Source: Lysinibacillus sp. (GTDB taxonomy: Bacteria > Bacillota > Bacilli > Bacillales_A > Planococcaceae). Taken from it: 64,000 bases of DNA. A program made the position numbers and the translations under genes. The stretch is from contig JBJEFP010000114.1 of assembly GCA_051874195.1 (NCBI GenBank), forward strand, positions 1,760 to 65,759. The letters are read 5' to 3'. Below, piece by piece: positions 17,721-27,321 of the stretch. Under the pieces are notes generated by a model. It saw nothing but the letters and a program-made list of their open reading frames with translations, was not told the DNA's origin and made no database searches. How positions within the stretch are numbered: position 1 is the stretch's first letter; every line of letters starts with the position of its first letter.

Positions 17721-18632
17721 GATGAGATACCGTCTTGATTTCGTATCGCCCTCATAGTGAAATTTTGCCCTCATTAATAATTTATTGGCAACGTCCTTGC
17801 TTGCGATGAAGAAAAAATCCCTCAGCGCTTTGCTTGTAATCCATTCATCGACAAGCAATCTGTAGTCATGCAGCCCTCTACAAAAGGCATCCCGCCCTGC
17901 ATTGCCGCAGCAGCAGACAAACTTTCCACGCCTGTACTGCATCACTTCCCCGCACAAGCACATGGCTCCCCTACGGATCAACAGCTTCCCAAATGGATGC
18001 TGCCATCTCCTTGGCTGATGATGTGCCAAAATTTCACTCTTTACTAACGATACCACACTTTCTGAAACTTGCACCGGATAAGTATTGTTCCATTCTTGCA
18101 GCTTGAACCGCAGCCCTGCCAATTTAAATATATGAAACCTTGCCGGCATATTTTCCAAAATCGAAGAAGAACTTGTGATAATAATGGCAGACAAAACCGG
18201 CAGCTTCACTCCGATGCCATCAAGCAGCCGTTTCACGAATGCCTCATGCCGCTCTGCCTGCGCAAACGGATTTGTCAGGCTCGTCCTCTCCCCATTCCAG
18301 TCACGAAGAAACTGATGCGACCTTTCCTCATAAGAAAGAACGCCTGCAATATTTTTCAGCTCCACAACCAGCACAAAGCGGGCCGTCACAAGGATGGTGT
18401 CGATCTGATGAGTATGTCCCAGGCTGCTTACCGCCTCGAAGCCATGCAGTAAAGCGTGAGGCTCTGTCATATGTAAATCTCCCCAATAAGCATCCGCCCG
18501 CTGCTCTCCCTCGTAGCCCCTTTCAGCCTTCCATAGCAGTTCATCGAGCACCTTTCTCTGCTCATCCGCGAGTATCCCTCGTCTCGCCAGCGCTTCCCCA
18601 ACAACCAATTTGGACGGAGGTCTCCTATCCAT
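17697..18632 (-). CDS. NERD (nuclease-related domain) protein with C-terminal Cys cluster and putative winged-helix
   Basis: GYEGE, HQIDTILVT...VVELKN, NPFAQ motifs; CLC...CCC cluster; start moved to MDRR behind AAAGGGGAG. Confidence 0.88.
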   Translation of the reverse strand: MDRRPPSKLVVGEALARRGILADEQRKVLDELLWKAERGYEGEQRADAYWGDLHMTEPHALLHGFEAVSSLGHTHQIDTILVTARFVLVVELKNIAGVLSYEERSHQFLRDWNGERTSLTNPFAQAERHEAFVKRLLDGIGVKLPVLSAIIITSSSSILENMPARFHIFKLAGLRFKLQEWNNTYPVQVSESVVSLVKSEILAHHQPRRWQHPFGKLLIRRGAMCLCGEVMQYRRGKFVCCCGNAGRDAFCRGLHDYRLLVDEWITSKALRDFFFIASKDVANKLLMRAKFHYEGDTKSRRYLIPEDVWRK

Positions 18633-18725
18633 GTCCATCTCCCCTTTTTGCCCATTGTAAAAAGAGACAGACGGAAACGCTATAGAATAGAAGAAAATTT
18701 TATTTTGGCAATGTTTCAAGATGAT

Positions 18726-18763
18726 AAAAACCCGCCATGCCGATAACCGGCATAGCGGGCTTT
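18726..18763 (-). terminator. Terminator of korAB
   Basis: cccgc-atgccg / cggcat-gcggg stem followed by TTTTT on the minus strand. Confidence 0.8.
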
Positions 18764-18776
18764 AATCGTACCCTTC

Positions 18777-19643
18777 TTACATGAATTCCTTCACCAGCGT
18801 ATCGAATTGTTCTTCGCTTAGTGAAATGTCGATGTCTGTCAATGGAAGCTCGGAATAGCCTACCACTTTTTCCTGGTATGATTTTGTTTCCTGGTCGTGG
18901 TAGACGATGCCTGTCACCAGTCCTTCGTGCTGCATCACTGTCTGCATTGCAAGCTCACGGTTCGTGTGGTCGTAGCCTTCGATATCAGCAAGCTTCGTCA
19001 GGTTTTCCTTGAACCAGTCATATGTGTTCACCTTGTTGTATGTCACACAAGGCGAGAATACGTTGATGAATGAGAAGCCTTTATGGTTGAGACCCGCTTC
19101 AATCAGCGCCGTCAGTTCTTTAATATCCGTCGAGAAGCCCTGCGCCACGAATGTCGCACCTGCAGTAAGCGCCACTTCCAACGGTTTTAATGATGGCTCG
19201 ATCGCCCCGCCTGGTGTTGATTTCGTGATGAAACCAGCAGCAGAACGTGGAGATGTTTGTCCCTTAGTCAAACCGTAGATTTGGTTGTCCATGACGACGT
19301 ACGTAATGTCGATGTTGCGGCGGATGGCATGGATGGTATGTCCCATACCGATCGCAAAGCCGTCACCGTCGCCACCGGAAGCGATGACTTTCAAATCACG
19401 GTTGGCCATTTTCAATCCCTGTGCAATCGGCAATGCACGGCCGTGAATGCCATGGAAGCCATAGGAATTGATGTAGCCGGAGATGCGTCCTGAACAGCCG
19501 ATGCCTGAAATGACGGCCAGCTCATGTGGTTCATAGCCGACATTCGCTGCTGCACGCTGGATTGCCGCCTGTACGGAGAAGTCTCCGCAGCCAGGGCACC
19601 AGTTCGGTTTTACACTGTTTCGGAAATCCTTGAATGTAGCCAT
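18777..19643 (-). CDS. korB: 2-oxoacid:ferredoxin oxidoreductase beta subunit
   Basis: WCPGCGD, SGIGCS, GGDGD ThDP-binding motif, YGLTKGQ. Confidence 0.95.
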   Translation of the reverse strand: MATFKDFRNSVKPNWCPGCGDFSVQAAIQRAAANVGYEPHELAVISGIGCSGRISGYINSYGFHGIHGRALPIAQGLKMANRDLKVIASGGDGDGFAIGMGHTIHAIRRNIDITYVVMDNQIYGLTKGQTSPRSAAGFITKSTPGGAIEPSLKPLEVALTAGATFVAQGFSTDIKELTALIEAGLNHKGFSFINVFSPCVTYNKVNTYDWFKENLTKLADIEGYDHTNRELAMQTVMQHEGLVTGIVYHDQETKSYQEKVVGYSELPLTDIDISLSEEQFDTLVKEFM

Positions 19644-21373
19644 TAGATTTCCTCCTTCACTAGATTTGTTAATTCACGCGGCAGGAATGGTGTTCCGTCG
19701 TATTTCAATACATTGCGGATTTTACCATGTCCGCCGATGGACATTTTCATGATGTTTGCCAATTGGCCCGTTGCGTTGTTTTCCACAACGATGACCTTTT
19801 TCGCTTTATCTACCAATGCGCTCATTTCCTCTGCCGGGAATGGATAAATGAGACGAACTTGCGCATGATTTGTTTTGATGCCTTCTGCGTTCAATGCATC
19901 CTGCACTTCCTCGAGCGCCCCTCGTGTCGAGTTGAAGCCGACAAGCAATACATCTGCCTCTTCATGTGGTGCATTTACATGTACCGGATTGTCGAAGCGA
20001 AGGTGCTGCAGCTTGCGGAAACGCTTATCCATCTGTGTACGACGGTTGCCCGTGGCTTCGGATGGCTTCCCTTGCTCGTCATGCTCTACCCCCGTTACGT
20101 GGTGGATACCACCGAGCTTGCCTGGCAGGACACGTGGCGAAATGCCGTCTTCCGTGTTTTCATAACGCTTGAAGTAGTCCTTCGTTTCTGTATCTTCCGG
20201 CGTGACAATCTTGCCGCGGCGGATTTCAATTTTGCTGTAATCAAACGGATCGACCGATTGCTTGCCAAGAGATAATTGCAGATCTGTTAAGAGAATGACC
20301 GGCAATTGCAGCTCCTCGGCAATATTGAATGCCTGAATTGTATCGTAGAACGCTTCCTCCATCGTAGAAGGCGCGATAATCACTTTCGGAATCTCCCCGT
20401 GTGTACCGTAGACCATCGCCATTAGATCCGACTGCTCCTGCTTCGTCGGCAGACCAGTCGATGGGCCGCCGCGCTGCGTATCGATGATGACAAGCGGCTG
20501 CTCTGTCATACCGGATAGACCGATTGCCTCCATCATGAGTGAAAGGCCAGGACCTGCCGACGCCGTGAAGGCACGGACGCCACCGTAGTTCGAGCCGATT
20601 GCCATTGTTGCCGCTGCGATTTCATCCTCCGTCTGGATGACTGCACCGCCGACAAGTGGAAGCTTTTTAATCATATATTCCATAATTTCCGATGCTGGTG
20701 TAATCGGATATGCCGCCATGAAGCGGGCTCCTGCAGCCAGGGCACCCAATGCAACCGCATCATTGCCGATGATGAACATGCGGCGCTTGCCGTCAGCCGG
20801 CGCCAATTCCCAGGCACCTGCACGGTCACCGATCTGCTCAACAATGGCCATTTGCCCACGCTTGATCGCCTGCATGTTTTTCTCAACGACTTCTTCCCCT
20901 TTACGGCCGAAGATATCCGTTACGACATTTTGGAACACGGATTCATCCAAATTCATCAATGCCGCCGTCGCACCAATCGCCACCATGTTTTTCATCAGCG
21001 ACGTACCAAGCTCGGAAGCAATCTCTGTAAATGGAACTGCATAAAGAGGCGCCTTGCAGTCTTCCGGCTCTTTCGGCTTGAACTTCGCATCCGCCAAAAT
21101 GATGCCGCTTTCTGTCAGCTCTTTGTAGTTGACGTCGATTGTTTCCTGGTCGAATGCAACTAAAATATCTAAATCATCCGCAATGAAGCGTACTTCTTCG
21201 GGACGTACTGTAATCTTGTTATTCGTATGGCCACCTTTAATACGAGAAGAGAAATGACGATAGCCGTATAAATGATATCCCAAACGGTTCATGGCCGTTG
21301 CAAAGATTTCACCCGTCGACTCAATCCCTTCACCTTGCTGCCCACCGACTTTCCACGAAAGCTGATGTAACAT
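19643..21373 (-). CDS. korA: 2-oxoacid:ferredoxin oxidoreductase alpha subunit
   Basis: GGQQGEG, YPITP, QTEDE, QRGGPSTGLPT. Confidence 0.95.
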   Translation of the reverse strand: MLHQLSWKVGGQQGEGIESTGEIFATAMNRLGYHLYGYRHFSSRIKGGHTNNKITVRPEEVRFIADDLDILVAFDQETIDVNYKELTESGIILADAKFKPKEPEDCKAPLYAVPFTEIASELGTSLMKNMVAIGATAALMNLDESVFQNVVTDIFGRKGEEVVEKNMQAIKRGQMAIVEQIGDRAGAWELAPADGKRRMFIIGNDAVALGALAAGARFMAAYPITPASEIMEYMIKKLPLVGGAVIQTEDEIAAATMAIGSNYGGVRAFTASAGPGLSLMMEAIGLSGMTEQPLVIIDTQRGGPSTGLPTKQEQSDLMAMVYGTHGEIPKVIIAPSTMEEAFYDTIQAFNIAEELQLPVILLTDLQLSLGKQSVDPFDYSKIEIRRGKIVTPEDTETKDYFKRYENTEDGISPRVLPGKLGGIHHVTGVEHDEQGKPSEATGNRRTQMDKRFRKLQHLRFDNPVHVNAPHEEADVLLVGFNSTRGALEEVQDALNAEGIKTNHAQVRLIYPFPAEEMSALVDKAKKVIVVENNATGQLANIMKMSIGGHGKIRNVLKYDGTPFLPRELTNLVKEEI

Positions 21374-21747
21374 TTCAACATCTCCTTAAAAAACAATTTA
21401 TATATGAATTTCCTTCATCAGTTTAACATGAACGAGTTAGCTGTACTATTGAAAATATCCGTTTGGACGAAAATTTCAGTCCTAAGTAGGAGGATTGGGA
21501 GCATCATTTCCATTGTGTGAAAAAAGCAGGCAGAATATGTAGTCCGGTATAATATTTCTTTCCTATTTATAATAGTGGCGACAGACGTCCGAAGCAATCA
21601 TCAAAATGAATCCATTCCCACTCTGTCCCTCACGCTTTCAGGGCAAGATAAAACCGGCCCAAAGCTCGGCCAATCCTCTACGCTATGTAATCCGTGCCCA
21701 AAACAAAAAAGCCGACTGCCGAAGCAGCCAGCATAAATCTTCAATTT

Positions 21748-22014
21748 TTATCGGCTTCGTTTTTCAACAACCAATTTCAATGCCGTACGGTCCTCACCTG
21801 CGATAGTAATATCCGCAAATGCCGGAGCACAAATTAAATCCGTTCCACTTGGTGCGACAAATCCGCGTGCTATTGCCACTGCTTTTACTGCTTGGTTTAA
21901 TGCCCCTGCTCCGACTGCCTGCATCTCGACATACCCTTGCTCCCGAATGACAGCAACTAAGGCACCTGCAACCGAATTTGGATTAGAGCGAGACGATACT
22001 TTTAATGAATCCAC
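21748..22014 (-). CDS. spoVS: Stage V sporulation protein S
   Basis: LKVSSRSNPNSVAGA...GAGALNQAVKAVAIARGF; GTG start at 22014 behind GGGGAGG. Confidence 0.96.
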   Translation of the reverse strand: MDSLKVSSRSNPNSVAGALVAVIREQGYVEMQAVGAGALNQAVKAVAIARGFVAPSGTDLICAPAFADITIAGEDRTALKLVVEKRSR

Positions 22015-22136
22015 AACTATTCCTCCCCAATTAGCTTTATATACGGCTAACAAATTTGTTGTCCGATAGCATAATGTATGCGGGGAAAAATCAAAATAGA
22101 CATGCTTTCACGAAAAAAATGGGTTCTTTATCAGCA

Positions 22137-23057
22137 TCATACATTCCACAGCATCAAAAATGCGGCAACGACCGCTGTCGCATACAATCCGAACGCAATC
22201 ATATATTCGACCGCCTTCTTCCAGCCTCCGCCTTCCGGTTTCTTGCCTGGCCCCGTCTGCTCAAGCGGCTCATACTGCCTCTTGAGACCGGATTCCTTGC
22301 GTTCCTTTTTGTCCTTCTTCGGCAATGCATTAAATTCCTTCACATAGCGGGCATACTCCTCCAGGACAGGACCCGCCTCGCCGAACATCCTTGTCTCGCC
22401 GTGTTCAAGCCACAATACCTTGTCACAGAAGTTCCGGACCTGGCTTTCGGAATGGCTGATGAAGAAAATCGTCTTCCCGCTTTCCTTGAATTCATTCATC
22501 TTGTCGATACACTTCTGGTAGAACGTTTTATCCCCGACCGACAGCGCTTCATCGACAATCAAAATATCCGGGTTCGTATGGATGGAAATGGCGAACCCCA
22601 GCCTCGACTTCATTCCGCTCGAGTAGTTTTTCACAGGCTGATTGATGAAATCGCCGATGTCGGCAAATTCGATGATATCAGGGATGAGCTGGCGGATTTC
22701 CTGCTGGGTGAGTCCGTGCATGAGACATTTCATTTTGATATTGTCGATGCCGCTCAATTGGTTATTCAGCCCGATGGCGATTGCAATGAGGGAAGGCTCT
22801 CCGTTAACCGTGATTTTCCCGGCCGTGGGAGGGACGATCTGGGCGATGAGATTGGACAGGGTGGACTTCCCCGCCCCGTTTAGTCCTACAACACCCACTA
22901 CTTCCCCTTCATACACCTCAAAGGAAATGTTCCGGAGGGCATTGAACTGCTTTGCCTTCTTCCTATTAAACAGAAATAACTCTTTTAACTTATCAGACTG
23001 CTTATTATATATTTTATAGGATTTACTTACATCCTCGAACACTACTTTCGGTTCCAT
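22137..23057 (-). CDS. tagH: Teichoic acid / polysaccharide ABC exporter ATPase (TagH/Wzt-like) with C-terminal TM helix
   Basis: [31 protein letters not shown]. Confidence 0.88.
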   Translation of the reverse strand: MEPKVVFEDVSKSYKIYNKQSDKLKELFLFNRKKAKQFNALRNISFEVYEGEVVGVVGLNGAGKSTLSNLIAQIVPPTAGKITVNGEPSLIAIAIGLNNQLSGIDNIKMKCLMHGLTQQEIRQLIPDIIEFADIGDFINQPVKNYSSGMKSRLGFAISIHTNPDILIVDEALSVGDKTFYQKCIDKMNEFKESGKTIFFISHSESQVRNFCDKVLWLEHGETRMFGEAGPVLEEYARYVKEFNALPKKDKKERKESGLKRQYEPLEQTGPGKKPEGGGWKKAVEYMIAFGLYATAVVAAFLMLWNV

Positions 23058-23067
23058 TTCGAACCTC

Positions 23068-23871
23068 CTACATTAAATCAACAAAGTGATTTCTGAATTT
23101 CACATGCAAACGGCTGGCTACCACGAGGATGAACAGCGCTATGCTCCAGAAATAAACCGTATAGGTCATATCCTCGAAAAACCATGTATCGCCGATGACC
23201 GACGCCCTTATCCCCTCGATGATATAGAAGAAGGGGTTCAGCTTCAGGACGACGATGAGGGCTGCATTCAGATTTTCCATGTTCCATAAAATCGGCAGCA
23301 GGAACATCATGAACCTTACGACCGCCTGCACAAGAAGCTGGATATCCCGTGCTACAATGGACAAGGTGGAAGTAAGCAGCGTCACGCCGTAGACGAGCAC
23401 GGCCATGCACACAAGATAATAGGGAAGCTGCAGGATATAGATGCCTGAAAACACACCGCCAGCCATGACCAGTACAATGCCGATCGCCATCATGACGACA
23501 AACGGAACAACATTGTTGAGCATCGCGATGGTCGGCAGCACACTGACCGGGAATTTCATCTTGGAGACGATGCCGATCTTACTGGAAATACTTTTCGTTC
23601 CCTGATTCAATACGGGTGCTATATACAACCAAGGGATAAGGCCTGTAATCAGCCAAAGGAAAAAAGGGACGTCCCCGACCGGAGACCCTCCCCTGATTCC
23701 CAGACCAAATACAAACCAATAGACGCTGATTTGCAATATAGGGTTCAAAAACTGCCACAATCCCCCTAAATAGTGGGATTGATAGCGGCTTTTGATGTCA
23801 TTTGCACTTACCCGAAAAATCAGGCTGAAGTGGCTGATTTGTTCCTTTATGACTGTAGATAAGGAGATCAT
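23068..23871 (-). CDS. tagG: Teichoic acid / polysaccharide ABC exporter permease (TagG/Wzm-like)
   Basis: [30 protein letters not shown]; ABC-2 membrane topology. Confidence 0.88.
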   Translation of the reverse strand: MISLSTVIKEQISHFSLIFRVSANDIKSRYQSHYLGGLWQFLNPILQISVYWFVFGLGIRGGSPVGDVPFFLWLITGLIPWLYIAPVLNQGTKSISSKIGIVSKMKFPVSVLPTIAMLNNVVPFVVMMAIGIVLVMAGGVFSGIYILQLPYYLVCMAVLVYGVTLLTSTLSIVARDIQLLVQAVVRFMMFLLPILWNMENLNAALIVVLKLNPFFYIIEGIRASVIGDTWFFEDMTYTVYFWSIALFILVVASRLHVKFRNHFVDLM

Positions 23872-25145
23872 TGCATTACTGGTTCCTTCTTAAGCGCCTC
23901 GAATAGATTGCCATAGTTGTAGTATTCAATGCCTTCCTCAACTGAATCCACAATATTTTTTGTATCGAAAATCAGCTTTTCCTTCATCCCTGCCAAGTCC
24001 CCGGCCGTAAACTGCTTGAATTCGTTGTGGTCTGCCAGAACCAGTACCAGATCCGAATCAGCAACTGCCGCCGACAAGTCCTGCTCCACCCATGATTGGT
24101 TGACATGCGGGTCATATGCACGCACCTCAAGCTTCCCTTCAGCGCGCAATAAGTTGTAAATGTCCATTGCCGGACTTTCACGGATGTCGTCCACATTTCC
24201 TTTGTATGTCAGACCGAATACTGTGACCACTTTTCCGCCACGGCTTTCCATCAGCTCATTCACTTTTTCTACGACATAGTCAGGCATCGATACGTTGATT
24301 TCACGTGACAGGTTGATTAATTTCGCCGTTTCCGGTGCCTTTGCCACGATGAAGTACGGATCTACTGCAAGGCAATGTCCACCGACACCCGGACCTGGCG
24401 TATGCAGGTTTACACGCGGATGCTTGTTTGCCATTTCGATGACTTCAAGCGCATTTATTTCCAATTCATTACATACCTTCGCCAGTTCATTCGCCAGAGC
24501 GATGTTCACATCACGGAATGTATTTTCCATCAGCTTGGACATTTCGGCCGTCTTTGCATTCGTCTTGATGATTTCACCCTTCACAAACGTTCCATATACG
24601 CGGGCGCCAGCCTCTGTACAAGCAGGTGTGATACCTCCGACAATACGGTTGTTGTAAATTAATTCATGCAGGATTTGACCAGGCAATACACGCTCCGGAC
24701 AGTGCACAAGGTAGATATCCTGTCCTACGACAAAGCCCGCTTCCTCGACAAGCGGCTTGACGTAGTCATCCATACTCCGTGGCCCGATTGTTGATTCCAC
24801 AATGATCACATTTCCTTTTTCAACAAGCGGCAGCACGCGTCTTACCCCATCAAGTACATATGTGAGGTCACATGATTTATATTGGTCATCATTGTTCGGT
24901 GTCGGTACAGAAATGATGAAGGCATCCGCTTTTTCCGGTTCCATCGATGCCTTGAACTTGCTGCTGGCGATGACTTCCTCCAACGCCTCCTGCAAACCTG
25001 GCTCCTCGATATGGATGCGGCCGCTGTTCAGTGAATCAATTACTGATTGCTTGATATCTACTCCCACTACCTCCACGCCGTGCTTAGCAAACATGATGGA
25101 AGTTGGTAGTCCGATATATCCTAGTCCGATTGTACATAATTTCAT
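23868..25145 (-). CDS. wecC: UDP-N-acetyl-D-mannosamine dehydrogenase (makes UDP-ManNAcA)
   Basis: GLGYIGLPT, CPERVLPG, KLMENTFRDVNIA, PGPGVGGHC, YKGNVDDIRESP. Confidence 0.85.
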   Translation of the reverse strand: MKLCTIGLGYIGLPTSIMFAKHGVEVVGVDIKQSVIDSLNSGRIHIEEPGLQEALEEVIASSKFKASMEPEKADAFIISVPTPNNDDQYKSCDLTYVLDGVRRVLPLVEKGNVIIVESTIGPRSMDDYVKPLVEEAGFVVGQDIYLVHCPERVLPGQILHELIYNNRIVGGITPACTEAGARVYGTFVKGEIIKTNAKTAEMSKLMENTFRDVNIALANELAKVCNELEINALEVIEMANKHPRVNLHTPGPGVGGHCLAVDPYFIVAKAPETAKLINLSREINVSMPDYVVEKVNELMESRGGKVVTVFGLTYKGNVDDIRESPAMDIYNLLRAEGKLEVRAYDPHVNQSWVEQDLSAAVADSDLVLVLADHNEFKQFTAGDLAGMKEKLIFDTKNIVDSVEEGIEYYNYGNLFEALKKEPVMQ

Positions 25146-25158
25146 TGTGAAATCTCTC

Positions 25159-27288
25159 CTATACAGTTACATTTAGTGTGTAATTCTTTTTAAGTTCGCC
25201 TTTTTTTACAAAGACAACGCATTTTGCCGTCTCGATGTCTTCTTTATGCTGTTCCATGGGGAATTGGAATTTCGTGTTGCCGCTGTACCATTCCTTATGG
25301 ATTACTTCGTCGTTGATGATGACATAGTATGCATAGGACGCTTCGGGGAGCGGTCCCTTCACCTCAATGTTCAAATTGTCCTCATTGAGCGTGACGGACG
25401 TATTGGTCTCCAGGCTTTTCAGCAGCTGTGTGAATCTGGCTTCCTCCATCTCGCCGTTCATGAGATGGAACGACTTTTCAAACCGGTTATTAAACCGATC
25501 CCGAAGCTGGATCGTCAGCGTGTAGTCCGATTCATCTGATGGTAATGAAAAGGTCTTTTCAAACGTATCGAGCACCGGGTAGCCCGCCCGGCCGTTATGG
25601 AACACTCGTACGGAAGTCATCCACGCCTCATTGCAGGTGATTTCAAACCGGTTGGCGGCACCCTGCATCGGGATGGTCTCCTGCTCCGTCACATCCTGCC
25701 GATTTACCATCAGGCGAAAGTTCGTGTCTTGGAACTGCGGGTACGCCTCACTGCCTTCCACGTACGATAGCCAGTTGTTCAAAAGCTCCTTCAGCCGCAC
25801 ATCCTCCTCTACAGAAGCAAGCAGCGATAAAACCTCTACATTCAATAGATGGAAGCCTGCACTGTATTCAGGCGGGGTGCCTTCATCCATTACGTGGTGA
25901 AGGTTTTCAGCCGTAATGTCCCCCAAATCATAGAGGGGCAGGACTTTCCGTAACCGGCCTTTCCCTTCTTCATACAGGGACCGGTACCGTTCATCCTGCG
26001 TATAGTGCCAGGCATCCTGCAGGGCGAACAGGGCCATGATGTTCGATGGCAAGTCAAACAGCGGCTCTTTATAGTAAAGCGTCGTATACAACGCTTCGCC
26101 GCCTTCGTAAGGAAGCGTCCTTTGGCACGTTTGGAGCCTTTCCGCCAACTGACGGATCATTCCTTCATGCTGCCGGTTCCCTGCCGTCAAATCATAGCGG
26201 ATGAGGAACGTGATCAGCATCCCTATCAAATAGGAGGAACCGCCGAATATGTCGTTTTCCTGTTCTTCCTCCATGCGGCGGAACAGCTCATCTAAACGTC
26301 TGTCGATTTCCTGCATGTTGGCGGTTTGTCCTTGTTGCACGGCGTCGTTCAATAGGGTGAACAGGCCCTGCAAGAGTGCGTTCGTCCCCTTGAACCCGGC
26401 CATCTCTTCAAAATAGTCGCAGCCGCCTATGTCAGGCTCATGTCCACCGGTGAAGATTCTCCCGGACAATGTTGGCACAGGCTTTCCGTCAGGCTTGATT
26501 CTTGTATTGAAAAACAGCTGCATCGTCCTGCCGTTCACTTGCTTTTCATAGGTCGATGAAGCCCATGTGCCGGTCGCTTCGGAAAGCTTCTGCAGCAGAT
26601 CATGATAGTAGCCGTCTTCAAAATGATAAGGAGCCAGCCCCCATTTATGGGCCGCGCTTGCGTAGTACCGGTCATCCGTCATGTCGATGAAAATGAATTC
26701 AGGGAAGTTCTCCTCCACGAATGCATAATACCCGGCGAGCTCTTCATTCCGCATCTCGATTTCCTCTTTGTTCGGAAACTCCTTCACCGTTCCGTCGACA
26801 TCGAGGAAGTGATGTCTCCATTTCGTTTTATGGATGATGATGTTGTTGCCAAAATGGTCCTTTAATTTCCGGAAGAACAGTAACGCCTTCTTCTTCCACA
26901 ATTCCTGCATATCGCGATCCAGCTTTTTGGCAATCTCATAGCCTGTCAGCTTGTCGAGCACCTTCGACTTCACCAGCTCGTTCGAACGGGTGATGTAGGC
27001 GTCTCCAATCTTCACCAGATTCAGCCGCTCGGAAATGAAGTCAATGGCTATATATTCGCCCTTTTTCTGCTCCAGTTCACTGAAAAAGGTTTTGGAAATG
27101 TCACGTATCACGCATCTTTTTTGGAAGCTTGATGACAAGTCAATCAAGGAATGATCGATGTCTGCAGCAGGTGACATCATGCTGATGATGGACGTACGGG
27201 CGAAATATTCGTTCAGTTCAAAGTTGTTGGGTGCACATTCCAGCACATCTCTCGTTGTACATCCGCCTAATATATTTAAAGTCGTCAT
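25159..27288 (-). CDS. Multidomain protein: DUF6270-like N-terminus, D-glucuronyl C5-epimerase C-terminal-like domain, beta-rich C-terminal domains
   Basis: GGCTTRD...FARTSIIS...IDFISER (DUF6270 pattern); SLYEEG...LPLYDLG...H...W.SY.EG resembles the Glce C-terminal domain. Confidence 0.7.
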   Translation of the reverse strand: MTTLNILGGCTTRDVLECAPNNFELNEYFARTSIISMMSPAADIDHSLIDLSSSFQKRCVIRDISKTFFSELEQKKGEYIAIDFISERLNLVKIGDAYITRSNELVKSKVLDKLTGYEIAKKLDRDMQELWKKKALLFFRKLKDHFGNNIIIHKTKWRHHFLDVDGTVKEFPNKEEIEMRNEELAGYYAFVEENFPEFIFIDMTDDRYYASAAHKWGLAPYHFEDGYYHDLLQKLSEATGTWASSTYEKQVNGRTMQLFFNTRIKPDGKPVPTLSGRIFTGGHEPDIGGCDYFEEMAGFKGTNALLQGLFTLLNDAVQQGQTANMQEIDRRLDELFRRMEEEQENDIFGGSSYLIGMLITFLIRYDLTAGNRQHEGMIRQLAERLQTCQRTLPYEGGEALYTTLYYKEPLFDLPSNIMALFALQDAWHYTQDERYRSLYEEGKGRLRKVLPLYDLGDITAENLHHVMDEGTPPEYSAGFHLLNVEVLSLLASVEEDVRLKELLNNWLSYVEGSEAYPQFQDTNFRLMVNRQDVTEQETIPMQGAANRFEITCNEAWMTSVRVFHNGRAGYPVLDTFEKTFSLPSDESDYTLTIQLRDRFNNRFEKSFHLMNGEMEEARFTQLLKSLETNTSVTLNEDNLNIEVKGPLPEASYAYYVIINDEVIHKEWYSGNTKFQFPMEQHKEDIETAKCVVFVKKGELKKNYTLNVTV

Positions 27289-27321
27289 TCTTCTTACACA
27301 CCTCCTGCCTTTTCTTCAAAT

